NCBI GenBank assembly: GCA_965200215.1
Contig: OZ241369.1
Location: 1,027,787 to 1,091,786 of the forward strand
Source: Alphaproteobacteria bacterium
Lineage (GTDB): Bacteria; Pseudomonadota; Alphaproteobacteria; SP197
Direction of reading: 5' to 3'
DNA length: 64,000 bases
Of the stretch, positions 28,601 to 36,088 are shown in pieces. The position numbers and the translations under genes are program-made. The notes beneath the pieces were generated by a model. It was not told the DNA's origin. It did no database searches and worked only from the letters and a program-made list of their open reading frames with translations. How positions within the stretch are numbered: the stretch's first letter is position 1; each line of letters starts with the position of its first letter.

Positions 28601-28944
28601 CACTGACCACCGGCCACTGGCTACAGGTCGCCATTCGCGGTATCGACATTTATCGCCCCGACACGGGTCAGATTCACAGCGACGGTCCCGACGGCATCGC
28701 GCTGTGGTTCGTGGACAGCGACTACAACGAGGAGAGCTTTTTCGTTCGCCAGGCCTATTTCCTGGGCGCCAACGACCCCTACAAGGCGCTGAAGACGACG
28801 CTGAAGGCCGAGATCGACCCGCAGGCCTGGGCGAGCCTGAACAGCGACACCTCCCGCCCCTTCCCCGCCCCCGCCTCGGGCCGCATCGCCGTCAAGGTCA
28901 TCAACCACCTGGGCGACGAGGCGATGAAGGTGTTCCGGGTGTGA
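25666..28944 (+). CDS. type III-like Mod DNA methyltransferase (beta-class N6A/N4C MTase: motif IV IYIDPPYG precedes motif I DPTCGSGTT), mosaic ORF with AT-richer TRD (about 26460-26900) and two repeat-associated insertions; integrity uncertain
   Basis: ORF track 25651..28944 (ATG 25666 alternative). MTase motifs. Conserved C-terminal module ...RIAVKVINHLGDEAMKVFRV. Confidence 0.65.
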   Translation: MVGKRRGAKSKGVAAFTHEGARRANIPTAELDAVMAEGEKAAVRIAYERRNRDLDPQLVWRGKDEQDQADLVVQAPPLYIQEKVHPKALIDDLLRQSKRRRDEAAEEAPDLFADFNGLPEGAARTEFYRHDANWSNRMILGDALRVMASLAEREGLRGKVQAIYIDPPYGIRFNSNFQWSTGSRDVKDGKAAHITREPEQVKAFRDTWRDGIHSYLSYLRDRLTVARELLAPSGSVFVQIGDENVHRVRAVMDEVFGEGNFVNQINCRTNSGTTRGDSLKRTNDYLLWYAKNIESKKFRRLLVERDVETNMYSQLLFEDLSVRPMTQEEKKKPTLIPDTARAYRKLPLHSMNAGDHTPRKAFGRYWKIPSNRSWRHSLAGFDRLLRSSRIQADLSALSSRYFHSDYIASELTETWVDTGPEVDKSYVVQTSERIVQRCLLMTTDPGDLVLDPTCGSGTTAYVAEQWGRRWITIDTSRVALALARARIMGARYPWYILADSPEGQRKEAELDRRAPSEAATGGDVRQGFVYRRVPHVTLKSIANNAEIDAIWERWEGVLGALRSQLSVASGQSPVASDRQPATGDRPPATGNRPLEEWQIPREAGAGWPDEAKAAHAEFWQARIGRQKEIDASIAARADSEYLYDKPYEDRERIRVAGPFTVESLAPHRTVASEGEGAAEDGHGYHGGGAFPERDFTALVLEQLRAAGVQQARKDDRIDIASIEGWPGRSICATGRFREGGAERRAGILIGPEFGTVSKPDLTAAAREAAEAGFDALIACAFSYDAHASEFDRLGRVPVLKARMNADLHMAGELKNTGKGNLFVVFGEPDIEVAGGRWLVARNGKMIARYEHVKELSGLGSLEEINGAGGRGLSALCRVAGGGAIRSDRSDAPRDGVHPGEHRGGSGAARNAGVSPLSGDSERLPGGNGDPSDSGPEAGDVSARTDFTASGTSRGDRTDAQRPQAIAAIEALNDGDFPLSLTTGHWLQVAIRGIDIYRPDTGQIHSDGPDGIALWFVDSDYNEESFFVRQAYFLGANDPYKALKTTLKAEIDPQAWASLNSDTSRPFPAPASGRIAVKVINHLGDEAMKVFRV
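27355..27450. repeat. palindromic heptamer-repeat array inserted in-frame inside the Mod coding region
   Basis: GCCAGTG/GCCAGTC units followed by their inverse (CCGGCAA/CCGGCGA...); translates as VASGQSPVASDRQPATGDRPPATGNRP. Confidence 0.75.
28211..28579 (+). CDS. four-helix-bundle protein (23S rRNA intervening-sequence protein family-like), nested inside the Mod ORF in a different frame
   Basis: ORF track. Sequence MSTSKSYQDLEVWKKSMELAEEVYRLS...IPANIAEG...ETETLLILARRLG matches my recollection of that family. Flanked by heptamer repeats at about 28160-28195 and 28595-28625. Confidence 0.6.
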   Translation: MSTSKSYQDLEVWKKSMELAEEVYRLSAGWPAEERFGLTGQMRRATVSIPANIAEGAERHGTREFLHFLGIASGSLAETETLLILARRLGMSPPERISPLLERAGEIGRMLNGLKRSLRSRH

Positions 28945-28948
28945 GGCC

Positions 28949-30079
28949 ATGGCGGGGCTGGACTGGATCACCATCGAGGGTTTCAAGAGCATCGCCTCCA
29001 TCGAGAGGCTGCCGCTGCGCCCGATCAACGTGCTGATCGGCGCCAACGGTTCGGGGAAGTCGAATTTCGTCGAGGCCTTTTCGTTTCTGCACGCGATACG
29101 GTCCAGGAAGCATCACGACCATGTCATGCGCGCGGGGGGCGGCGACAGGATTCTTCATTTCGGCGCGCGAACGACGCCCCAGTTGAAGCTTCACATCTCT
29201 TTCGAAGAACAAGTGTATCAATATGAGATAGCACTGGCGCCGGACGATGGAGATCACCTCTTTCCGTCGGGGGAATGTACCTATTTCTGGAACAAACATG
29301 TGTATGAACCTTACATCGAGCCCCTTATGGGAAGCCATGGCCATGCGGGCATCAGCCGCCCGTATTTCAAGCCAACAACACCCACAGCGAATTATGTCCA
29401 GAAGCACCTGGACAGCTGGCGCCTGTATCACTTCCCGGATACCGGCGCCGCATCGCCGCTGAAGAAGACGGGCGACGTAAACGACAACCGCTTTCTGCGG
29501 CCCGACGGCTCCAACCTGGCGGCGTTCCTGTATCGGCTGCGCGAGACGGAGCAGGACCGCTACCGGCTGATACGGGACACGGTGCGCCTGGCGGCGCCGT
29601 TCTTCGAGGATTTCGCGCTCGAACCCCTGGTCCTGCACGAGGACAAGATCCCCCTGGAGTGGAAGCACCGGGGGAAAGACGCCTATTTCGACGCCTCCTC
29701 CCTTTCGGACGGCACCCTGCGCTTCATGGCGCTGGCGACGCTGCTGCTTCAGCCGCAGACGCTGCGGCCCTCGGCCATCCTCCTGGACGAGCCGGAACTG
29801 GGCCTGCACCCCTATGCCATCGCGCTTCTCGCCTCGCTGATCGGGCAGGCTTCGGCCGAGACCCAGGTGATTCTGGCCACCCAGTCCTCGCTGCTGCTGG
29901 ACCATTTCAGCCCCGAAGACGTGCTGGTGGCGGAGCGGGCGCGCGGGGCCACCACGCTGACCCGGCTGAAGCCCGAAGAGCTGAAGGAATGGCTGGACGA
30001 CTACAGCCTGGGCCAGCTGTGGGAGAAGAACGAGTTCGGCGGGCGCCCCTCACCCGAAGAGGCGGGCGAGAGGGGATGA
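28949..30079 (+). CDS. AAA_21/ABC-type ATPase (OLD/abortive-infection-like ATPase; Walker A GANGSGKSN, Walker B LLDEPELGLHP)
   Basis: ORF track; start immediately after the Mod stop. Confidence 0.7.
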   Translation: MAGLDWITIEGFKSIASIERLPLRPINVLIGANGSGKSNFVEAFSFLHAIRSRKHHDHVMRAGGGDRILHFGARTTPQLKLHISFEEQVYQYEIALAPDDGDHLFPSGECTYFWNKHVYEPYIEPLMGSHGHAGISRPYFKPTTPTANYVQKHLDSWRLYHFPDTGAASPLKKTGDVNDNRFLRPDGSNLAAFLYRLRETEQDRYRLIRDTVRLAAPFFEDFALEPLVLHEDKIPLEWKHRGKDAYFDASSLSDGTLRFMALATLLLQPQTLRPSAILLDEPELGLHPYAIALLASLIGQASAETQVILATQSSLLLDHFSPEDVLVAERARGATTLTRLKPEELKEWLDDYSLGQLWEKNEFGGRPSPEEAGERG

Positions 30080-30321
30080 CGCGCCTGCTCGTGCATGTGG
30101 AAGGCCAGACGGAGGAGAGTTTCGTCGACCGGATTCTGGCGCCTCACCTTTACCGGCGCGGCTTTTCTTCGATCGGCGCCCGCCTGCTCGGCAACGCCCG
30201 CCAGCGCGAGCGGCGCGGCGGCATCAAGCCCTGGCACGCGGCCCGCAGGGACATCCTGGGCCATCTGCGGCAGGACCGCGAGGCCGTGGCCAGTGGCCGG
30301 TGGCTAGTGGTTAGTGGCTAG
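30076..30321 (+). pseudogene. DUF4276-like gene remnant (N-terminal about 80 aa: MTRLLVHVEGQTEESFVDRILAPHLY...), truncated by insertion of a repeat element
   Basis: ATGA start/stop overlap with the ATPase. Family members are about 200 aa (from memory). ORF ends inside a long heptamer array. Confidence 0.5.
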
Positions 30322-30560
30322 TGGTTAGTGGCTAGTGGTTAGTGGCTAGTGGTTAGTGGCTAGTGGTTAGTGGTCGGTGGGCGGTGGCCAGTAGCCGGTG
30401 GCTAGTGGTTAGTGGTTAGTGGGAGCGGGTGGTGGGGGTGGTGCCTGGCGGTGGGGTGTGGTGCGTTGACGGGCCTGCGGCCCGTTTGCCGGCGGGACGC
30501 CGGCGCTCCCAGGGGGGCGCCGGGTGGCGGGGGCGCGGTAAGGGCGGCAACCATGGCGAG
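30290..30560. repeat. composite GC-rich repeat element with long heptamer array ((GGCTAGT GGTTAGT) x7)
   Basis: Direct inspection. Confidence 0.8.
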
Positions 30561-30640
30561 GAGGCGATGCGAGGTGTTTCGGGTGTGACGGCGACTCCAA
30601 CATCCAGTATCGTATGCGACACGGCTTGGGGGGATTGAGC

Positions 30641-32116
30641 ATGAGCGGACCTGCCAGCGATTCTTCGCCCAATCGGTCGCCGAAGGCTCCCGATGTGCGC
30701 ATCTCCGTCAGCAATTTCGGCCCCATCGCGAAGGGAAGCATCGACCTTCGGCCCATGAACATCTTCGTCGGGCCGAGCAACACGGGCAAGACCTATTTTG
30801 CCACCTTGATCTATGCAATTCATCGAATCACGAGGGGTTTTCCGCGACTCCCTCCAACTATGAGCTACATTTTCAACGATGTTGAAAATTTTGCGGGGGT
30901 GATTTACCAGATTGTTAAGAATTTTGACTCTGGACAAAGAAATCATCCTGGATCCGGGCGCGACCGGATTCAGCCCACGCTTATCGATCACAATCCCGTG
31001 GCCCATGACTGGGAAATTGAATTAGAGCGTTGCTTCGATGTCGGTGCTCTTTCCGAACTGATTCAGACTCAAAGCGAATCAACCGGAGCAAAGATCGATC
31101 TGTCAATCGAGGATAAAAAGAGCCTCCTTTGGAATTTTCATGTAAAGGTGCCGACTCACGGTATTCGGGGCGATGGAAAGATAGGGAATTTCAAAATTGA
31201 GCACATATTTCCTGATTTCGAAAAGAAAGCTGAAAAAGTATTCTCGGCCAATTCAATAATAGAGGCTATAACCAACCTACAGAAACTGTTCGAATTCGAG
31301 AAATCAAACGAATCCGACGTGTACTACCTGCCATCCGACAGAGGCGGTCTCATACATAGCCACCCCGCTATCGCAATATCTTTGCTTAAACGTGCAACTC
31401 GACTGAACACCAAGCGCCATTCGGAGATCCCCACTTTCTCCGGGGTTATGACCGATTTCATGCGGCATATCATCGCCTATGAGGATTCCGAACTGCGTGA
31501 CGAAAAGCCGGAGAACGAGTTGGCGAAAATCGCGAGCGAATTGGAAAGCCGGGTGCTCGATGGAAGGATCGAGACTGTCCGGGCAGCGTCCCGCGGCTAT
31601 CCTGACGTGGTGTATCGGCCGGAGGGAATGGAAAAGGGCATGCGGTTGAATCGCGCCTCGTCCATGGTATCCGAACTCGCGCCGGTGGTCCTCTTCATCC
31701 GTGGCCATGTTCGCGTCGGCGACACCGTAATCATCGACGAGCCGGAAGCCCATCTTCATCCCGCCGCGCAGACCGAGATGGCGACGGCGCTGGCGCGTCT
31801 GGTGCGGGCCGGCGTTCGGGTGGTGATGACCACGCACAGCGAATGGCTGCTCCAGGAGATCGGCAACCTGATGCGGGAGGGGGAGTTGGGGGAAGGGAAT
31901 GGCGACTCTCCGAGTCTTCATCCTCGCGACGTCGGCGCCTGGCTATTCAAGAAGAAAGGATCGGAGGGCTCCAACGTGGAGGAGATTCGATTCGACCGCA
32001 TCGAAGGCATCGGGCCGCCGGATTACGAAGACGTCGCCGAAAGCCTCTATAACCGCTCGGCAGAGCTGCAGAACCGCCTCGCAGAGACGGACGGCGGCGG
32101 CGAGTCGGGGGCATGA
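30641..32116 (+). CDS. AAA-type ATPase (AAA_15/21-like; Walker A VGPSNTGKTYF, Walker B VIIDEPEAHLHP), AT-richer gene
   Basis: ATG 30641 (GGGGGA RBS) within ORF 30614..32116. Confidence 0.7.
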   Translation: MSGPASDSSPNRSPKAPDVRISVSNFGPIAKGSIDLRPMNIFVGPSNTGKTYFATLIYAIHRITRGFPRLPPTMSYIFNDVENFAGVIYQIVKNFDSGQRNHPGSGRDRIQPTLIDHNPVAHDWEIELERCFDVGALSELIQTQSESTGAKIDLSIEDKKSLLWNFHVKVPTHGIRGDGKIGNFKIEHIFPDFEKKAEKVFSANSIIEAITNLQKLFEFEKSNESDVYYLPSDRGGLIHSHPAIAISLLKRATRLNTKRHSEIPTFSGVMTDFMRHIIAYEDSELRDEKPENELAKIASELESRVLDGRIETVRAASRGYPDVVYRPEGMEKGMRLNRASSMVSELAPVVLFIRGHVRVGDTVIIDEPEAHLHPAAQTEMATALARLVRAGVRVVMTTHSEWLLQEIGNLMREGELGEGNGDSPSLHPRDVGAWLFKKKGSEGSNVEEIRFDRIEGIGPPDYEDVAESLYNRSAELQNRLAETDGGGESGA

Positions 32117-32589
32117 GCGCCGCCCTTGCGCGCATCCGCTCGAAGGTGGGGGAAAACAGTCTCTCCAAGTCGTGCGGGCGGGATGGTTGCCGCGCGTATA
32201 TGAAGGGCATACCGGCTTGCAGGGTCATCGTCGATATGGATAAAGCCCCCGCCGCCCGACATGCGGGAGGTAAGCGATGCGATTTCGTTCTTTTCTTTAT
32301 CCAGGAAAGCGGAAAGCTCATCGTGGCGCCTATCGAGCTCAAGAGCGGCCATGTCGACGGCTCCGAGGCGGCGGAACAATTGCGCAATGGAACGGGGTTT
32401 GCAGACCGCGCCTCGCCGGCAAAGCCCGAGCCTCATTGCCGTCCGATTCTGTTCCACGGCAAGGGCATACATCCACAACAACGCAAGGCGCTCAACCGCA
32501 GCAAGATCACCTTTCGCGGCAGCAAGCTTACCATAATGACGGCCCGCTGCAACCGGCCGCGCAATCTGGCTGGCGTTCTGGGCATGTGA
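32113..32589 (+). CDS. small protein with putative PD-(D/E)xK nuclease-like motif (D in CDFVLFF ... IELKSG), translationally coupled (ATGA) to the upstream ATPase
   Basis: ORF track; motif spotted by eye, not verified by profile search. Confidence 0.5.
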   Translation: MSAALARIRSKVGENSLSKSCGRDGCRAYMKGIPACRVIVDMDKAPAARHAGGKRCDFVLFFIQESGKLIVAPIELKSGHVDGSEAAEQLRNGTGFADRASPAKPEPHCRPILFHGKGIHPQQRKALNRSKITFRGSKLTIMTARCNRPRNLAGVLGM

Positions 32590-32619
32590 TCGGCCGAAGC
32601 GGCGTGCGCGCGGATCCGC

Positions 32620-32990
32620 AGGCCGGGGGCGGCGGTGGCCAGTGGTCAGTCGCGGGTGGTGGGGGTGGTGCCTGGCGGTGGGGTCGGTGCGTTGACGGGC
32701 CTTTGGCCCGTTTGCCGGCGGGACGCCGGCGCTCCCAGGGGGCGGGACGCTCGGTCAGTGGTTAGTGGCTAGTGGTCAGTGGCCGGGCGCCAGTGGTGCG
32801 GGTGGTGTGTGGCGGTGCCTGGCGGTGGGGACGGTGCGTTGACGGGCCTTTGGCCCGCTTGCCGGCGGGACGCCGGCGCTCGGGGGATGGTGTATGGGCG
32901 GGCCTGACGGCCCGCCGGGGGGCGTGACGCTGGCGGCGGTGGCTGGGGGCGCGGGTGGTAGGGGCGGTACCTGAAGGTGGGGGGTGGCTT
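32620..32990. repeat. composite GC-rich repeat element (two cores)
   Basis: Motifs. Confidence 0.7.
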
Positions 32991-33012
32991 GGTGGGGGGT
33001 GCTGGTTTTGAG

Positions 33013-34917
33013 ATGAGGGGGGTGGCGCCTGCGGATGTTGCTCTCTGGCCGGCCTGGCGGGAGGGGTTGCGGCGCTGGCGGGCGGGCATGGGCGAGAGGC
33101 TGGGGGACGCGCCTGCCGACCCGGCCCAGGACTGGGCGGCCGAGTGCGTCACCGGCCACAAGATCCTGCTCTGGGACCAGCGCTTCTTCGACCGCCGGCG
33201 CCATCGCTGGCGGGTGGATGCCTATGTCGATGCCTTCACGGCCCGCTTCGGCCCCATGGACGCCGCCATCCTGTGGCACGCCTATCCCAATCTGGGCTTC
33301 GACCGGCGCAACCAGTTCGACTTCTATCGCCGGATGCCCGGCGGGCTGGCCGGCCTGGCCGAAGCGGTGGGCGGCCTGCGCGAGCGCGGCGTGCGCGTCT
33401 TTCTGGCGCTCCACCCCTGGGACCGGGCGACGCGCCCGGAAGCGCAGCACGAGGCCATCGCCGAGCTGGTGGCGGTTCTGGACGCCGACGGCCTCTATCT
33501 CGACACCCTGGCGGAAGGCGCCGGCGAGCTGCGGGCGGCGCTGGACCGGGCCCGGGCGGGCGTGGCGTTGCAATCGCAGATGCCGCCGCCGGCGGGGCGC
33601 CTGCGCGAGCACGCCATGAGCTGGACCGAGCTGTGGCCGGACGGAGAGGCGCCGGCGGTGCTGCCCCATCGCTGGCTGCACCGCCGCCACATGACGCATG
33701 TCGTCCGCCGCTGGGCGGCCGACCGGCGCCCGGCCCTGCAGCTGGCCTGGATGAACGGCGCCGGCGTGGCGGTGTGGGAGAACGTGTTCGGCTCCTGGAA
33801 CGGCTGCTGCCCGCGCGACGCCTGCTGGCTGCGCCTTACGAGCGCGGCGCGGCGCCGCTTCCGGCGCCATTTCAGCGACGGCGCATGGCTGCCGCTGGCG
33901 GCCGCGCCGGGCGACGGCGTCTTCGCCTCGCGCTGGACGTGGCGGGGCACGGCGCTGTGGACGCTGGTCAACCGCCGCGACGCCTGGCGCCGCGCGGTGC
34001 CGCTGGCCGTGGCCGCGCCGACGGCCGCCAGCCTGCTGGAAGGGCGGGCGCTGGAGGTCCGCGGCGGGCGGGTCCGCCTCGACCTGCCGCCGCTGGGCAT
34101 GGCGGCCGTGCTGGAAGGCGAGGCGCCGGCCTCCTTCCTGTCCGCCCAGAGGGAGGCGTGGCAGGCGCTGGTGCACGCCGCCGACGACGCGCCGGCGCGG
34201 GCCGTCAGGGCCGCCAGGCCGCCGGCCGCCAAGCCACCCGCCGGGGCCGGCGAGCCGCCCGACGGCATGGCGGCGATCGCCGGCGGGCGGGCGCGGCGGC
34301 GGGTCGCCTGGCGGCGGCGGGAATGCGGCCTGTATCGATCCGAGCGGGCGCCGCAATGGGCCGGCAACGCGCTGCCGGGCCTGCACGCCATGGCCCGGGC
34401 CGAGATCGCCGAACGGCTGGCGCCCTTCGCCATCGACCGGCGCCCGGTCTCCAACGGCGACTTCGCCCGCTTTCTGGCGGCCAGCGGCTGGCGCCCGCGC
34501 CACGGCGCGGCCTTTCTGGAGCACTGGCGCGGCGGATGCCCGCCGGCGGGCGAGGAGGAGGCGCCGGCGGTGTGGCTGGATCTCGACGACGCCCGCGCCT
34601 ATGCCGCCTGGCTGGGGCGGCGTCTGCCGCGGGAAGGCGAATGGCAGCGGGCGGCGGAGCTGGGGCTGCTGGAAGGCGGCGGGGTGTGGAACTGGACCGA
34701 GCCGGTGCGCAGCGACGGGGCGACCCGCTTCTGCATCCTCAAGGGCGGCTGCGACTTCGCCGCCGGCGGGACGCCCTGGTATGCGGATGGCGGGCGCCGG
34801 GGGCCGGACTTCGCCGCCCGGTATCTGCTGCTGTGGGCGGGGCTGGACCGCTGCGGCACCATCGGTTTTCGCACCGCCGTGGATGTGGAGGGGAGTGGGG
34901 GAGTGGATAGTGGATAG
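33013..34917 (+). CDS. formylglycine-generating enzyme (SUMF1/FGE) domain protein with uncharacterised N-terminal about 400-aa domain
   Basis: ATG 33013 in ORF 32977..34917. C-terminal RLPREGEWQRAAELG...GGVWNWTEP typical of the FGE-sulfatase domain. Confidence 0.65.
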   Translation: MRGVAPADVALWPAWREGLRRWRAGMGERLGDAPADPAQDWAAECVTGHKILLWDQRFFDRRRHRWRVDAYVDAFTARFGPMDAAILWHAYPNLGFDRRNQFDFYRRMPGGLAGLAEAVGGLRERGVRVFLALHPWDRATRPEAQHEAIAELVAVLDADGLYLDTLAEGAGELRAALDRARAGVALQSQMPPPAGRLREHAMSWTELWPDGEAPAVLPHRWLHRRHMTHVVRRWAADRRPALQLAWMNGAGVAVWENVFGSWNGCCPRDACWLRLTSAARRRFRRHFSDGAWLPLAAAPGDGVFASRWTWRGTALWTLVNRRDAWRRAVPLAVAAPTAASLLEGRALEVRGGRVRLDLPPLGMAAVLEGEAPASFLSAQREAWQALVHAADDAPARAVRAARPPAAKPPAGAGEPPDGMAAIAGGRARRRVAWRRRECGLYRSERAPQWAGNALPGLHAMARAEIAERLAPFAIDRRPVSNGDFARFLAASGWRPRHGAAFLEHWRGGCPPAGEEEAPAVWLDLDDARAYAAWLGRRLPREGEWQRAAELGLLEGGGVWNWTEPVRSDGATRFCILKGGCDFAAGGTPWYADGGRRGPDFAARYLLLWAGLDRCGTIGFRTAVDVEGSGGVDSG

Positions 34918-35180
34918 TGGCCGGTGGCCGGTGGTCAGTGATCAGTGTAGAGCGGGAAATGGTGGCGGTGCCTGACGGCGGGAAGCGGTGCGTTGACGGG
35001 CCTTTGGCCCGTTTGCCGGCGGGACGCCGGCGCTCCCAGGGGGCGTGTGGCGGCGAGCGGTGCCTGGGGGCGGGGGAGTGGTTAGTGGATAGTGGCCGGT
35101 GGCCGGTCACCGGGAGCGGTGCCGGGGGGCGGGGCGCCTGGGGTGGTGGCTGGGGGCGGGTGACACGGGAGAGGGGCGCC
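34895..35180. repeat. composite GC-rich repeat element
   Basis: Motifs. Confidence 0.7.
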
Positions 35181-35183
35181 CCT

Positions 35184-36035
35184 TCAGGCGTGGGCGTCGG
35201 CGTGGTCGGCCATGTGGTCGGCGATCATGGGGCCCAGGGCGCCTTCCAGATCGTGCCCCATGCCTTCGATCTCGACCAGGCGGGCGGCGGGGATGCGGGC
35301 GGCGGTGTCGCGCCCGTGCTCGACCGACAGCAGGGGGTCGTCGCGGCCGTGGACGACCAGGGTGGGGGCGGAGACGGTCTCCAGCAGCCCCGCCCGCGAG
35401 CCGCTGGCCAGGATGGCGGCATATTGCCGTTTGACGCCCTGCGGCGCCCAGCAGCGATCGTAGGCGCGGGCGATCAGCCGGGCGCGGCGGGCCTCGTCGA
35501 AGGGGAAGCCGGGGCTCCCCCAGGCGCGATCGCAGCGCAGCGTGAAGGCGATGGCCCGGCGGCGCCCGGTGGGCGGGTCCGCCAGCAGCAGCCGGCGCAG
35601 GCGGGGCGCGGCCCGGGGCAGGCCCGGCGCGCCCGACGACGACATCACCGAGGCCAGGGTGAGCACGCGGCCGGGCCAGCGGGCCGCCACGATCTGCGCC
35701 ACCATGCCGCCCATGGAGATGCCCAGCACATGGGCCCGCGCGATGCCCAGGGCATCGAGCACGCCGACATGGTCGCGGGCGAGGTCCTCGAGGCGATAGG
35801 GCGCGGCGCCCTCGCCCCCGCCCTCGAACTTCTGGGAGAGGCCGGCGTCGCGGTTGTCGGGCGTGACCACGAAGAAGCCCCGCTCGACCAGGCGGTCCAG
35901 CAGCGGCGGCGGCCAGTGGACGATCTGGCTGCCCAGGCCGCGCAGCAGCAGCAGCGGGCGGGCGGCCTTATCGCCGCGGGTCTCGACGTAGATGTCGACG
36001 CCGCCGGCGTTGACGTGGGGCATGGCGGGGGCCAT
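35184..36035 (-). CDS. alpha/beta hydrolase fold protein
   Basis: ORF track; nucleophile elbow GISMGG. Confidence 0.8.
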   Translation of the reverse strand: MAPAMPHVNAGGVDIYVETRGDKAARPLLLLRGLGSQIVHWPPPLLDRLVERGFFVVTPDNRDAGLSQKFEGGGEGAAPYRLEDLARDHVGVLDALGIARAHVLGISMGGMVAQIVAARWPGRVLTLASVMSSSGAPGLPRAAPRLRRLLLADPPTGRRRAIAFTLRCDRAWGSPGFPFDEARRARLIARAYDRCWAPQGVKRQYAAILASGSRAGLLETVSAPTLVVHGRDDPLLSVEHGRDTAARIPAARLVEIEGMGHDLEGALGPMIADHMADHADAHA

Positions 36036-36088
36036 CCTGTGCCATGGGCGGCGCGGCCGCCGGCAACATTCCCGGAGACGGCAGCGCC

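Noticed and set aside
25651-28944. Treating the 1097-aa Mod ORF as a single native, uninterrupted protein
   Set aside because: It contains a repeat-derived palindromic insert and reads through a nested four-helix-bundle gene in another frame as low-complexity sequence. It is annotated as a mosaic, possibly disrupted, gene instead.
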